NCBI GenBank assembly: GCA_976226885.1
Contig: OZ320322.1
Coordinates: 28,582,001 to 28,646,000, forward strand
Source: Iphione sp. A-MEVVRFRX5
Taxonomy: Eukaryota
Length of the DNA stretch: 64,000 nucleotides
Direction of reading: 5' to 3'
Shown here piece after piece: positions 1 to 12,600 of the stretch. The position numbers and the translations under genes were made by a program. Below the pieces are notes generated by a model, which was not told the origin of the DNA, did no database searches, and saw only the letters and a list, made by a program, of their open reading frames with translations. Within the stretch, counting starts at the first letter, position 1. Every line of letters starts with the position of its first letter.

Positions 1-1401
1 AATCTCTTTCTCCCCAGTTTCTCAAGTTATAGCCTAATATTTTAATAATCTCTTGAGAGATTTCAATTTGCATGAGGTATTCTTGAAAGAGAAAGTCAAA
101 TATATAATTATTCTCATAGTTTGATACACAATGGAAAAATGAGTAAAAACCTATATGGAAAAGACTTTATGAAACCAGGAACAGCTCTGACGGCATGAGT
201 GGTTGTAGGTACATTGTTTTTCTTTTGGCAGTAAATAGTAAGAAGGACAGGTAAAGGTGACAAGAGAAGAGTAAGGATGTGAATGTGGGTGTCATGGAGA
301 TCATTAGGAGGGTTACAAGGGGATCTGTAAGATAATGCATTCAGAGGAACAGAACTTGTTCCATTATGATGAAAGTTGATGGAGCTATCAACGAACATTA
401 GAAGGATGCTAAGAGAAGTATAAGATTATGGATTCAGGACACAAGAGTGCTAATAGATATAAGAAAGCAGGGTGATGGAGATAGTTCTCAGAATATGAAC
501 GTGAGCGTTGGGGTTGTCTGTGGGAATGTGGAGAATACTATGAGAGGAGTGAAGATGTGGTCACTGAGCACAGGTGTGTTAGTAGACACCAGAAGTACCC
601 TGAGGATGTGATTGCTGGGTGAGGCTGTTAGTAACAGAAAAATCAAAGCTACTCACTTAAGTGTGCTCCTGGGATAACTGCATACAGAATGAAGTAGATA
701 GTTTATCAAGGTGGTCCCTGGCAAAAATGTTCACTCTATTTGTATCCTCTCATATTTGATTTATCTAGCTTGAACAGCTATTTCTAATCTAATACTAGTA
801 ATGCAGAGCAATTTCACACTTCTTCATACTTAATGTCATAATATGTAAGCTGTCATTGCTATTAAATACATCAAATACAACTAGGATAGTATTAAATGTT
901 TTAATTCAACCTATAATTTAAAGTTTTATACTGGGAATAATCTGAGTGCACAGCATTTGATTAGTTCTTCCTCTTATATTGTCTTGAAACTTTGGAGATT
1001 TTCTATGTAGGGATTTCATTACTAGTACATTCATGTGGTCTTAAGCTTATCATCAGTGCTGGCATTGACACTCTGTGTGTTTCATAGTTATTTCTGTACC
1101 TGTGATAACCTTGCAGATGTCATAATGATGTTCCTGCCTATATATATATGCTTAATTGGTAGTACTGTAGTGATGATTATGACTTAGCATATGACCTCTA
1201 CACACTATGGTAAACTATTCTAAATATGAATTTCATGAACACATATTATTTTTTGTAGAAAATGTGTGATGTTGTTACTTCCTTGCTTTCCTTGATAACT
1301 ATTAGTCTAAGTTGGTTTGATATCTTATTTAATCACAGTTTTTTTACCTGTATTGATGAATCCAAGCTCTCAGTTGTACTTTATTTCATTTATGTGGACA
1401 G

Positions 1402-4400
1402 AGTATCTGGGAGTGGTCTTCCTGGCACTATAGCAACTTACAGATGCAGAGCTGGTTTCAGTCTTCAAGGCCTTGCCACAAGAACTTGTGGTGCCAATGG
1501 TGTCTATAGTGGCCAGATACCACAGTGTCTACGTAGGTTTTGTATATAATTTAGTATTCCTTTATTTCATTGATAATATTCAGAGTCTTTTTTAGTGAAG
1601 ACAATGTGTATTTTGTTGTATTTCAACTGGTTTGAACTACAAACATTAAGTAATTAATAATGAAAAGTAATATTCTAATGGAGTTGAATTTGGAAGAGAA
1701 TGATTTGCATTATATAATGAAAAAACTTATTGTAGATGTTTAGAGCATTAAATATAAAAAATGGTCCCCTCAGGTCAACTCCATATGGAAATGTTAAATT
1801 CTGTTTACAGAACTTAACTGCCCTCCACCCATTGCTCCTCTGAATGGCTTTGTTCAGTAAGTCTGGCAACCTTTGGTTATATAGAGAACTAAGGCTTCTA
1901 TCTACATGAGAGAAATTCTACTCATGATTATATAATGAGCAGCTTGTGTACCCTTGTGTATATCTTATAGAGTACTTACTGTAAAATCTAAGTACAACTA
2001 ATCTTCTTTCATAATATTTATGAAGATTATGCTGCTAGATTCCTCACCTTGATAACACTGCATATGCATCTTAGAATCATTCAGTCTGTCACACAAGATG
2101 AGTCAATGAAGACCTGCCTTTCATCAGTTTCTCGTAGTCTCATAAGTTTAATCTCTTTCTCCCCAGTTTCTCAAGTTATAGCCTAATATTTTAATAATCT
2201 CTTGAGAGATTTCAATTTGCATGAGGTATTCTTGAAAGAGAAAGTCAAATATATAATTATTCTCATAGTTTGATACACAATGGAAAAATGAGTAAAAACC
2301 TATATGGAAAAGACTTTATGAAACCAGGAACAGCTCTGACGGCATGAGTGGTTGTAGGTACATTGTTTTTCTTTTGGCAGTAAATAGTAAGAAGGACAGG
2401 TAAAGGTGACAAGAGAAGAGTAAGGATGTGAATGTGGGTGTCATGGAGATCATTAGGAGGGTTACAAGGGGATCTGTAAGATAATGCATTCAGAGGAACA
2501 GAACTTGTTCCATTATAATGAAAGTTGATGGAGCTATCAACGAACATTAGAAGGATGCTAAGAGAAGTATAAGATTATGGATTCAGGACACAAGAGTGCT
2601 AATAGATATAAGAAAGCAGGGTGATGGAGATAGTTCTCAGAATATGAACGTGAGCGTTGGGGTTGTCTGTGGGAATGTGGAGAATACTATGAGAGGAGTG
2701 AAGATGTGGTCACTGAGCACAGGTGTGTTAGTAGACACCAGAAGTTCCCTGAGGATGTGATTGCTGGGTGAGGCTGTTAGTAACAGAAAAATCAAAGCTA
2801 CTCACTTAAGTGTGCTCCTGGGATAACTGCATACAGAATGAAGTAGATAGTTTATCAAGGTGGTCCCTGGCAAAAATGTTCACTCTATTTGTATCCTCTC
2901 ATATTTGATTTATCTAGCTTGAACAGCTATTTCTAATCTAATACTAGTAATGCAGAGCAATTTCACACTTCTTCATACTTAATGTCATAATATGTAAGCT
3001 GTCATTGCTATTAAATACATCAAATACAACTAGGATAGTATTAAATGTTTTAATTCAACCTATAATTTAAAGTTTTATACTGGGAATAATCTGAGTGCAC
3101 AGCATTTGATTAGTTCTTCCTCTTATATTGTCTTGAAACTTTGGAGATTTTCTATGTAGGGATTTCATTACTAGTACATTCATGTGGTCTTAAGCTTATC
3201 ATCAGTGCTGGCATTGACACTCTGTGTGTTTCATAGTTATTTCTGTACCTGTGATAACCTTGCAGATGTCATAATGATGTTCCTGCCTATATATATATGC
3301 TTAATTGGTAGTACTGTAGTGATGATTATGACTTAGCATATGACCTCTACACACTATGGTAAACTATTCTAAATATGAATTTCATGAACACATATTATTT
3401 TTTGTAGAAAATGTGTGATGTTGTTACTTCCTTGCTTTCCTTGATAACTATTAGTCTAAGTTGGTTTGATATCTTATTTAATCACAGTTTTTTTACCTGT
3501 ATTGATGAATCCAAGCTCTCAGTTGTACTTTATTTCATTTATGTGGACAGAGTATCTGGGAGTGGTCTTCCTGGCACTATAGCAACTTACAGATGCAGAG
3601 CTGGTTTCAGTCTTCAAGGCCTTGCCACAAGAACTTGTGGTGCCAATGGTGTCTATAGTGGCCAGATACCACAGTGTCTACGTAGGTTTTGTATATAATT
3701 TAGTATTCCTTTATTTCATTGATAATATTCAGAGTCTTTTTTAGTGAAGACAATGTGTATTTTGTTGTATTTCAACTGGTTTGAACTACAAACATTAAGT
3801 AATTAATAATGAAAAGTAATATTCTAATGGAGTTGAATTTGGAAGAGAATGATTTGCATTATATAATGAAAAAACTTATTGTAGATGTTTAGAGCATTAA
3901 ATATAAAAAATGGTCCCCTCAGGTCAACTCCATATGGAAATGTTAAATTCTGTTTACAGAACTTAACTGCCCTCCACCCATTGCTCCTCTGAATGGCTTT
4001 GTTCAGTAAGTCTGGCAACCTTTGGTTATATAGAGAACTAAGGCTTCTATCTACATGAGAGAAATTCTACTCATGATTATATAATGAGCAGCTTGTGTAC
4101 CCTTGTGTATATCTTATAGAGTACTTACTGTAAAATCTAAGTACAACTAATCTTCTTTCATAATATTTATGAAGATTATGCTGCTAGATTCCTCACCTTG
4201 ATAACACTGCATATGCATCTTAGAATCATTCAGTCTGTCACACAAGATGAGTCAATGAAGACCTGCCTTTCATCAGTTTCTCGTAGTCTCATAAGTTTAA
4301 TCTCTTTCTCCCCAGTTTCTCAAGTTATAGCCTAATATTTTAATAATCTCTTGAGAGATTTCAATTTGCATGAGGTATTCTTGAAAGAGAAAGTCAAATA

Positions 4401-7400
4401 TATAATTATTCTCATAGTTTGATACACAATGGAAAAATGAGTAAAAACCTATATGGAAAAGACTTTATGAAACCAGGAACAGCTCTGACGGCATGAGTGG
4501 TTGTAGGTACATTGTTTTTCTTTTGGCAGTAAATAGTAAGAAGGACAGGTAAAGGTGACAAGAGAAGAGTAAGGATGTGAATGTGGGTGTCATGGAGATC
4601 ATTAGGAGGGTTACAAGGGGATCTGTAAGATAATGCATTCAGAGGAACAGAACTTGTTCCATTATAATGAAAGTTGATGGAGCTATCAACGAACATTAGA
4701 AGGATGCTAAGAGAAGTATAAGATTATGGATTCAGGACACAAGAGTGCTAATAGATATAAGAAAGCAGGGTGATGGAGATAGTTCTCAGAATATGAACGT
4801 GAGCATTGGGGTTGTCTGTGGGAATGTGGAGAATACTATGAGAGGAGTGAAGATGTGGTCACTGAGCACAGGTGTGTTAGTAGACACCAGAAGTTCCCTG
4901 AGGATGTGATTGCTGGGTGAGGCTGTTAGTAACAGAAAAATCAAAGCTACTCACTTAAGTGTGCTCCTGGGATAACTGCATACAGAATGAAGTAGATAGT
5001 TTATCAAGGTGGTCCCTGGCAAAAATGTTCACTCTATTTGTATCCTCTCATATTTGATTTATCTAGCTTGAACAGCTATTTCTAATCTAATACTAGTAAT
5101 GCAGAGCAATTTCACACTTCTTCATACTTAATGTCATAATATGTAAGCTGTCATTGCTATTAAATACATCAAATACAACTAGGATAGTATTAAATGTTTT
5201 AATTCAACCTATAATTTAAAGTTTTATACTGGGAATAATCTGAGTGCACAGCATTTGATTAGTTCTTCCTCCTATATTGTCTTGAAACTTTGGAGATTTT
5301 CTATGTAGGGATGTCATTATTTGGACATTCATGTGGTGTTAAGCTTATCATCAGTGCTGGCATTGACACTCTGTGTGTTTCATAGTTATTTCTGTACCTG
5401 TGATAACCTTGCAGATGTCATAATGATGTTCCCGCCTATATATATATGCTTAATTGGTAGTACTGTAGTGATGATTATCACTTAGCATACGACCTCTACA
5501 CACTATGGTAAACTATTCTAAATATGAATTTCATGAACACATATTATTTTTGTAGAGAATGTGTGATGTTGTTACTTCCTTGCTTTCCTTGATAACTATT
5601 AGTCTAAGTTGGTTTGATACCTTATTTAATCATAGTTTTTTATCTGTATTGATGAATCCAAGCTCTCAGTTGTACTTTATTTCATTTATGTGGACAGAGT
5701 ATCTGGGAGTGGTCTTCCTGGCACTATAGCAACTTACAGTTGCAGAGCTGGTTTCAGTCTTCAAGGCCTTGCCACAAGAACTTGTGGTGCCAATGGTGTC
5801 TATAGTGGCCAGATACCACAGTGTCTACGTAGGTTTTGTATATAATTTAGTATTCCTTTATTTCATTGATAATATTCAGAGTCTTTTTTAGTGAAGACAA
5901 TGTGTATTTTGTTGTATTTCAGCTGGTTTGAAGTAGAAATATTTAGTTATTTATAATGGAAGGCAATGTTCTAATGATTGCAATAGGATGACTTACATTA
6001 TAAATGAAGTGACTTACTGTAGATGTTTAGAGCATTAAATATAAAAAATGGTCCCCTCTGGTTGACTGCATATGGAAATGTTAAATTCTGTTTTACAGAA
6101 CTTAACTGCCCTCCACCCATTGCTCCTCTGAATGGCTTTGTTCAGTAAGTCTGGCAACCTTTGGTTATATAGAGAACTAAGGCTTCTATCTACATGAGAG
6201 AAATTCTACTCATGATTATAATAATGAGCAGCTTTTGTACCCTTGTGTATATCTTATAGAGTACTTACTGTAAAATCTAAGTACAACTAATCTTCTTTCA
6301 TAATATTTATGAAGATTATGCTGCTACATTCCTCACCTTGATAACACTGCATATGCATTTTAGAATCATTCAGTCTGTCACACAAGATGAGTCAATGAAG
6401 TCCTGCCTTTCATCGGTTTCTTGTAGTCTCATAAGTTTAATCTCTTTCTCCCCAGTTTCTCAAGTTATAGCCTAATATATGTTAATAATCTCTTGAGAGA
6501 TTTCAATTTGCATGAGGTATTCTTAAAAGAGAAAGTCAAATATATAATTATTCTCATAGTTTGATACACAATGGAAAAATGAGTAAAAACCTATATGGAA
6601 AAGACTTTATGAAACCAGGAACAGCTCTGACTGCAGGAGTGTTTATAGGTACATTGTTTTTCTTTTGGCAGTAAATAGTAGGAAGGACATATAAAGGTGA
6701 CAAGAGAAGAGTAAGGATGTGAATGTGGGTGTCATGGAGATCATTAGGAGGGTTACAAGGGGATCTCTAAGATAATGCATTCAGAGGAACAGAACTTGTT
6801 CCATTATGATGAAAATTGATGGAGCTGTCAACGAACATTAGAAGGATGCTAAGAGAAGTATAAGATTATGGATTCAGGACACAAGAGTGCTAATAGATAT
6901 AAGAAAGCAGGGTGATGGAGATAGTTCTTAGAACATGAATGTGAGCATTGGGGTTGTCTGTGGGAATGTGGAGAATACTATGAGAGGAGTGAAGATGTGG
7001 TCACTGAGCACAGGTGTGTTAGTAGACACCAGAAGTACCCTGAGGATGTGATTGCTGGGTGAGGCTGTTAGTAACAGAAAAATCAAAGCTACTCACTTAA
7101 GTGTGCTCCTGGGATAACTGCATACAGAATGAAATAGATAGTTTATCAAGGTAGTCACTAGCAAAATGTTCATTCTATTTGTATCCTCTCATATTTGTTT
7201 TGTCTAGCTTAAAAAAACTATTTCTGATCTAAGACTAGTAATGCAGAGCAATTTCACACTCCTCATACTTAATGTCATAATATGTGAGCTGTCATTGCTA
7301 TTAAATACATCAAATACAACTAGGATAGTATTAGATGTTTTAATTCAACCTATAATTTAAAGTTTTATATGGGCAATAATCTGAGTGCACAGCATTTGAT

Positions 7401-9657
7401 TAGTTCTTCCTCTCATATTGTCTTGAAACTGTGGAGATTTTCTGTGTAGGGATTTCATTATTTGGACATTCATGTGATCTTAAGCTTATCATCAGTGCTG
7501 GCATTTACACTCTGTGTGTTTCATAGTTATTTCTGTACCTGTGATAACCTTGCAGATGTCATAATGATGTTCCCGCCTATATATATATGCTTAATTGGTA
7601 GTACTGTAGTGATGATTATCACTTAGCATATGATCTCTATACACTATGGTAAACTATTCTAAATATGAATTTCATGAACACATATTATTTTTTTGTAGAG
7701 AATGTATGATGTTGTTACTTCCTTGCTTTCCTTGATAACTATTAGTCTAAGTTGGTTTGATATCTTATTTAATCATAGTTTTTTTATCTGTATTGCTGAA
7801 TCCAGGCTCTCAGTTGTACTTTATTTCATTTATGTGGACAGAGTATCTGGGAGTGGTCTTCCTGGCACTATAGCAACTTACAGTTGCAGAGCTGGTTTCA
7901 GTCTTCAAGGCCTTGCCACAAGAACTTGTGGTGCCAATGGTGTCTATAGTGGCCAGATACCACAGTGCCTTCGTAGGTTTTGTATATAATTTAGTATTCC
8001 TTTATTTCCTTGATAATATTCAGAGTCTTTTTTTGTGAAGACAATGTGTATTTTGTTGTATTTCAGCTGGTTTGAAGTAGAAATATTTCATAATTAATAA
8101 TGGAAGGCAATGTTCAAATGATTGCAAGAGGATGACTTACATTATTAAATAAGGAGTCCTATTGTTTACAGCATTAAATATATAAAATGGTCCCCTCAGG
8201 TTGACTGCATATGGAAATGTTAAATTCTGTTTTACAGAACTTAACTGCCCTTCACCCATTGCTCCTCTGAATGGCTTTGTTCAGTAAGTCTGGCAACCTT
8301 TGGTTATATAGAGAACTAAGGCTTCTATTTACATGAGAGAAATTCTACTCTTGATCATATAATGAGCAGCTTGTGTATCCTTTTATTTATCTCATAAGTT
8401 ACTTGCCATAATATCTAGGGACAACTGATCTTCTTTTATGATATTTATAAAGATTATGCTGCTACATTCTGCCCTTTGATAACTCTGCATTTGATTAATT
8501 CCGCCAAAAGATGTACCAGCGGTTTTCCCTGGGACTATTAAAAACTACAGGAAGAAATAATTTTATAGTGCTAAAAAAATTGTGACAGCTTCCTCATGAG
8601 CCCTAGACCAAGCCATAGCAAAAAAGAAGTAAAATATCAATTGAAATTTAATTTACACCGCAAAAACACCATCCCAGAGATTACATTTTGGTACATCTGT
8701 TGGTGGAATCAGTCATATGCATTTTAGAATCATTCAGTCTGTCACCCAAGATGAATCCATCTAGATCAGTCTTTGATTAGCTGCTAAAAGTCTAATAAAG
8801 ACAATCCCTTTCTTTCTTAGTTTGTCAAGTTATGGCTAAATATCTCAATGATCACTTGAAAAAATTCACTTGATATCTATTATTCTTGAAAGAGAAAGTG
8901 AAAATATGATTGTTCTCATTGTTCAATACACAACAGAAAAATGGGATTGCAGGGTGATGGAGATAGTTCCCAGAACCTGAAAGTGAGCTTTGGGTTGTCT
9001 GGGGGAATGTGGAGGATGCTAGGAGAGGTGTGAGAATATGATCAAAGAGTATAGGGGTGTTAGTAGGCACCAGAAGAACCCTGAGAGAAGTGTGATTGCT
9101 GGGTGAGGCAGTTAGTTACAGAAAAATGAAAGCTGCTGATTTGTCTGACAGATTCTCATCTTAGATTTCACAGGACTTATGTTTGCTCCTGGGATAACTG
9201 CATACAGAAGTGAAGTAGATAGTTCACCATGATGGCACCTGGCAAAATGTTCACTCTATTTGCATTCTCTTATATTTAATTTATCTACTTTAAACAGTCA
9301 TTTTCAATCTAGCACTAATAATGCAAAGCAATTTCATTCTTCCTTATAATTAATGTCATAATATGTATGTTATCTTTACTATAAAATACATCAAATACAA
9401 CTATGATTAGTATTAAATTTTTTACTTTAACCTACACTTTAATGTCTTAAAGTGGCAATAATCTGAGTACACAACAATTGATGAGTTCTTCCTCTTATAT
9501 TGTCTTGAAACTATGGCGAATTTCTATGCAGTGATTTCATTACTAGTATATTAATGTGCTTTTCAGCTTATCATCAGTGCTGGCATTTACACTCTGTGTG
9601 TTTCATAGTTATTTCTGTACCTGTGATAACCTTGCAGATGTCATAATGATGTTCCCG

Positions 9658-9690
<33 letters not shown>

Positions 9691-12600
9691 TTAATTGGTA
9701 GTACTGTAGTGATGATTATCACTTAGCATATGATCTCTATACACTATGGTAAACTATTCTAAATATGAATTTCATGAACACATATTATTTTTTTGTAGAT
9801 AATGTGTGATGTTGTTACTTCCTTGCTTTCCTTGATAACTATTAGTCTAAGTTGGTTCGATATCTTATTTAATCATGGGATTTTTAAAATATTGATGAAT
9901 ACAAGCTCTCAGTTGTACTTCATTTCATTCATGTGGACAGAGTATCTGGGAGTGGTCTTCCTGGCACTATAGCAACTTACAGTTGCAGAGCTGGTTTCAG
10001 TCTTCAAGGCCCTGCCACAAGAACTTGTGGGGCCAATGGTGTCTATAGTGGCCAGATGCCACAGTGCCTTCGTAGGTTTTGTATATAATTTAGTATTTCT
10101 TCATTTCCTTAGTAATATTAAGGGTGGTTCTTGTTTAACAAAGTGTTTTTTTGGTATTTCATCTGGTTTAAAGTAGAAATGTTAAGTAATTAGTAATGTC
10201 TGACCATGGTCCCATATAGTTGGTGTTGTCAGAGATGAATTTGCATTATTCTGAAATAGTTATCCTAGATGTAAAGATAAGACAATATATACAAATGTTC
10301 CCTTAGTTTTGCTCCATCTTAAAATTTTAACTTCTGTTTCACAGGACTTGGCTGTCCTAGACCTAATGCTCCTCAGAATGGTTTTGTGGAGTAAGTCTAG
10401 CAACTTTGGTCATACAGAGAGCTAAGGCTTCTATGTAAATTTGACTAATTCTATTCTTTATTACATAATAAAGAGCTTTGTATCCTGGTACATGATGTGC
10501 AATGCTATTGCCTTAAAATTGAAGGGCAGTTTTGCTTCTTCCATAATACCTCTGAAGGTTATACTGCTGCTTTCTGAAACCTTGATAACTCTACTGATGC
10601 ATTTTAGGATTGCTCAATCTGACACCTAAGATGAGTCCATCCAGATCACTCTTTGATCAGTACCTAGTAATTTGATGAAGAAAATCCCCTTTTTCTCTTG
10701 AGATTTATGGAGAAGAGCTACATCTCAAATAATAGCCTAGCTTCTCAGTGATTAAACTTAACATATCAATTCTTATAAAGCATTCTTGTCAGAGAAATTA
10801 TATAATTGTTCTCATAGTTAGTGCCATGCTATCAATGTGATTACTATTGTATTAAAGGTGAAAATAGGTAAGGTTAGTGAAATATCTTTTATTACACCTG
10901 AACTTTGCAGTTACAAATCGACATAATTATAGCAAAGCATTGTCATGCATCTGACATTTACAGCATTTGCTGAAGGCAGAGGACTTCTATGTCGTTATGT
11001 TCGTACGAGTATAGGGATATATTCTAAAGCTTGTCAGACATGCTGGTCTTTATATTCTTAATGTTCCATTATTATCCTTGTTACTGTGTAAAGATTGCAG
11101 ATGTTATAATAGTCTTGCTGTTCATATTTATGCTATTTTTAAGACAGTATTAAGTATACTTCTAAATTAAAACTTTTCATTTATAATATGAACTTTCTGT
11201 CCTTTAGTAAACTATTAATCTGACTTGGATTAATAACCGACTACTTCATGAGTTTTCTAATCATATTGATGAATTAGGGCTCTGCATTACATTTTATATC
11301 ATTCATATGGACAGAGTATCTGGGACTGGTCTTCCTGGCACTAAAGCAACTTACAGCTGCAGTGCTGGATTTGCCCTTCAAGGAAGTCCAAAAAGAATAT
11401 GTGGTGCCAATGGTGTCTATAGTGGCCAGATGCCACAGTGCATTCGTCTATCTACTGGTGATTAGATATTCTTCAATACAAATGTCAATGTGTAAAATCC
11501 CTCTCAATAAAGACCAAATCTTTTACTTTTGTTATGTAGGACTTGAAGGAGAAATTATTAGTGATTACTTATACAAAGACATTCTTTCATCAAGTTATTC
11601 TTGCAAGAGATTAACACATATTAATCTATGAAAGAAATCATTTCTTAAATTTAAAGCAGATGCAATGGTGAATGTTTACCAATACTGTACTTGTCCTTCA
11701 GTACTTTGAAATGTTAACTTATGTTTTACAGCAATTAACTGTCCTCGACCCAATCCTCCTGAAAATGGTATTGTTGAGTAAGTTTGGCAGTGTTTAGTTA
11801 TGTCTTTCAATGTAAAGTTCTAAATACAAAAACAAATTTTTCTTGAATTAGAGGGTAACATTATTCTGATTTACAATGCAAAAAGATGTTCCATTTTAGA
11901 CCATTATCTACAATACACTTGCCTCAATTAAAAATGTCACTTTGACCTTTCCCAAGATATAAATACATATGTATATATAAGGATCATCCTTTAACTTTCA
12001 AAACATCAATATCATTGCTCACATTTTCTTACTGTTAACTATGACTCCTAAGATGAATCAATGAAAATATTTGCTGGATCAGTGTGAAAGTTTTTTTATT
12101 ATGAAATCTCCCTCTTGTATGAAGATCTGTAACAAAGATGATCTCTGTAAAAGCTCAGTACCTCATTTACAACTTTCAACATATCACAGGTTTGAAAATA
12201 ACATTTGAAAGACAGGAGAAAAATTAGATTTGTGTCCTTTCTGATTAAAATAGTAATATACTACACGGCCTTATAAAACATGCTCATTTATTCAACCCAA
12301 TTGACTACTCTGACTATAAGTGCCACTTTTACTCAGTGACTACTTATTTACTACAGTATTATCTATCTTCATTATTACTAACACGATATGTGTCTAAGTA
12401 TTGCTACTTGAAGATAAAAGTACCTAGGATTATCATCAATTCTTTATCCTCTGACTTGAACATTCAAGTCATGCATTGGTAATAATCTCAGTACAGAGTT
12501 TCACTGGGACTCATTTTCATGGATTTGAGGAAAGGCAGACAATTTCTATGTATTTAGTTGAGAACTATTATGCTGATATATTATGGAATTTGTCAAGCAA

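Larger units (their letters stand above)
1..10090 (+). repeat. Tandem array of about 2.14-2.15-kb exon+intron units (period 2149 bp for the first units)
   Basis: Identical ORFs and exons recur at +2149 (1402/3551, 1811/3960), then at about +2147, +2144 and +2099. Positions 1-5270 differ by only a few substitutions between copies; later copies are more diverged. The array begins upstream of the window. Confidence 0.97.

Noticed and set aside
114-4696. Three near-identical 94-aa and two 64-aa minus-strand ORFs
   Set aside because: They lie antisense within introns or exons of the duplicated unit and have no motif. Their recurrence reflects only the 2149-bp repeat.
1262-7989. 95-aa plus-strand ORFs as standalone genes with a hydrophobic N-terminus
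   Set aside because: They are the 131-nt exon plus open intron flank, and the AG/GT boundaries define the real exon.
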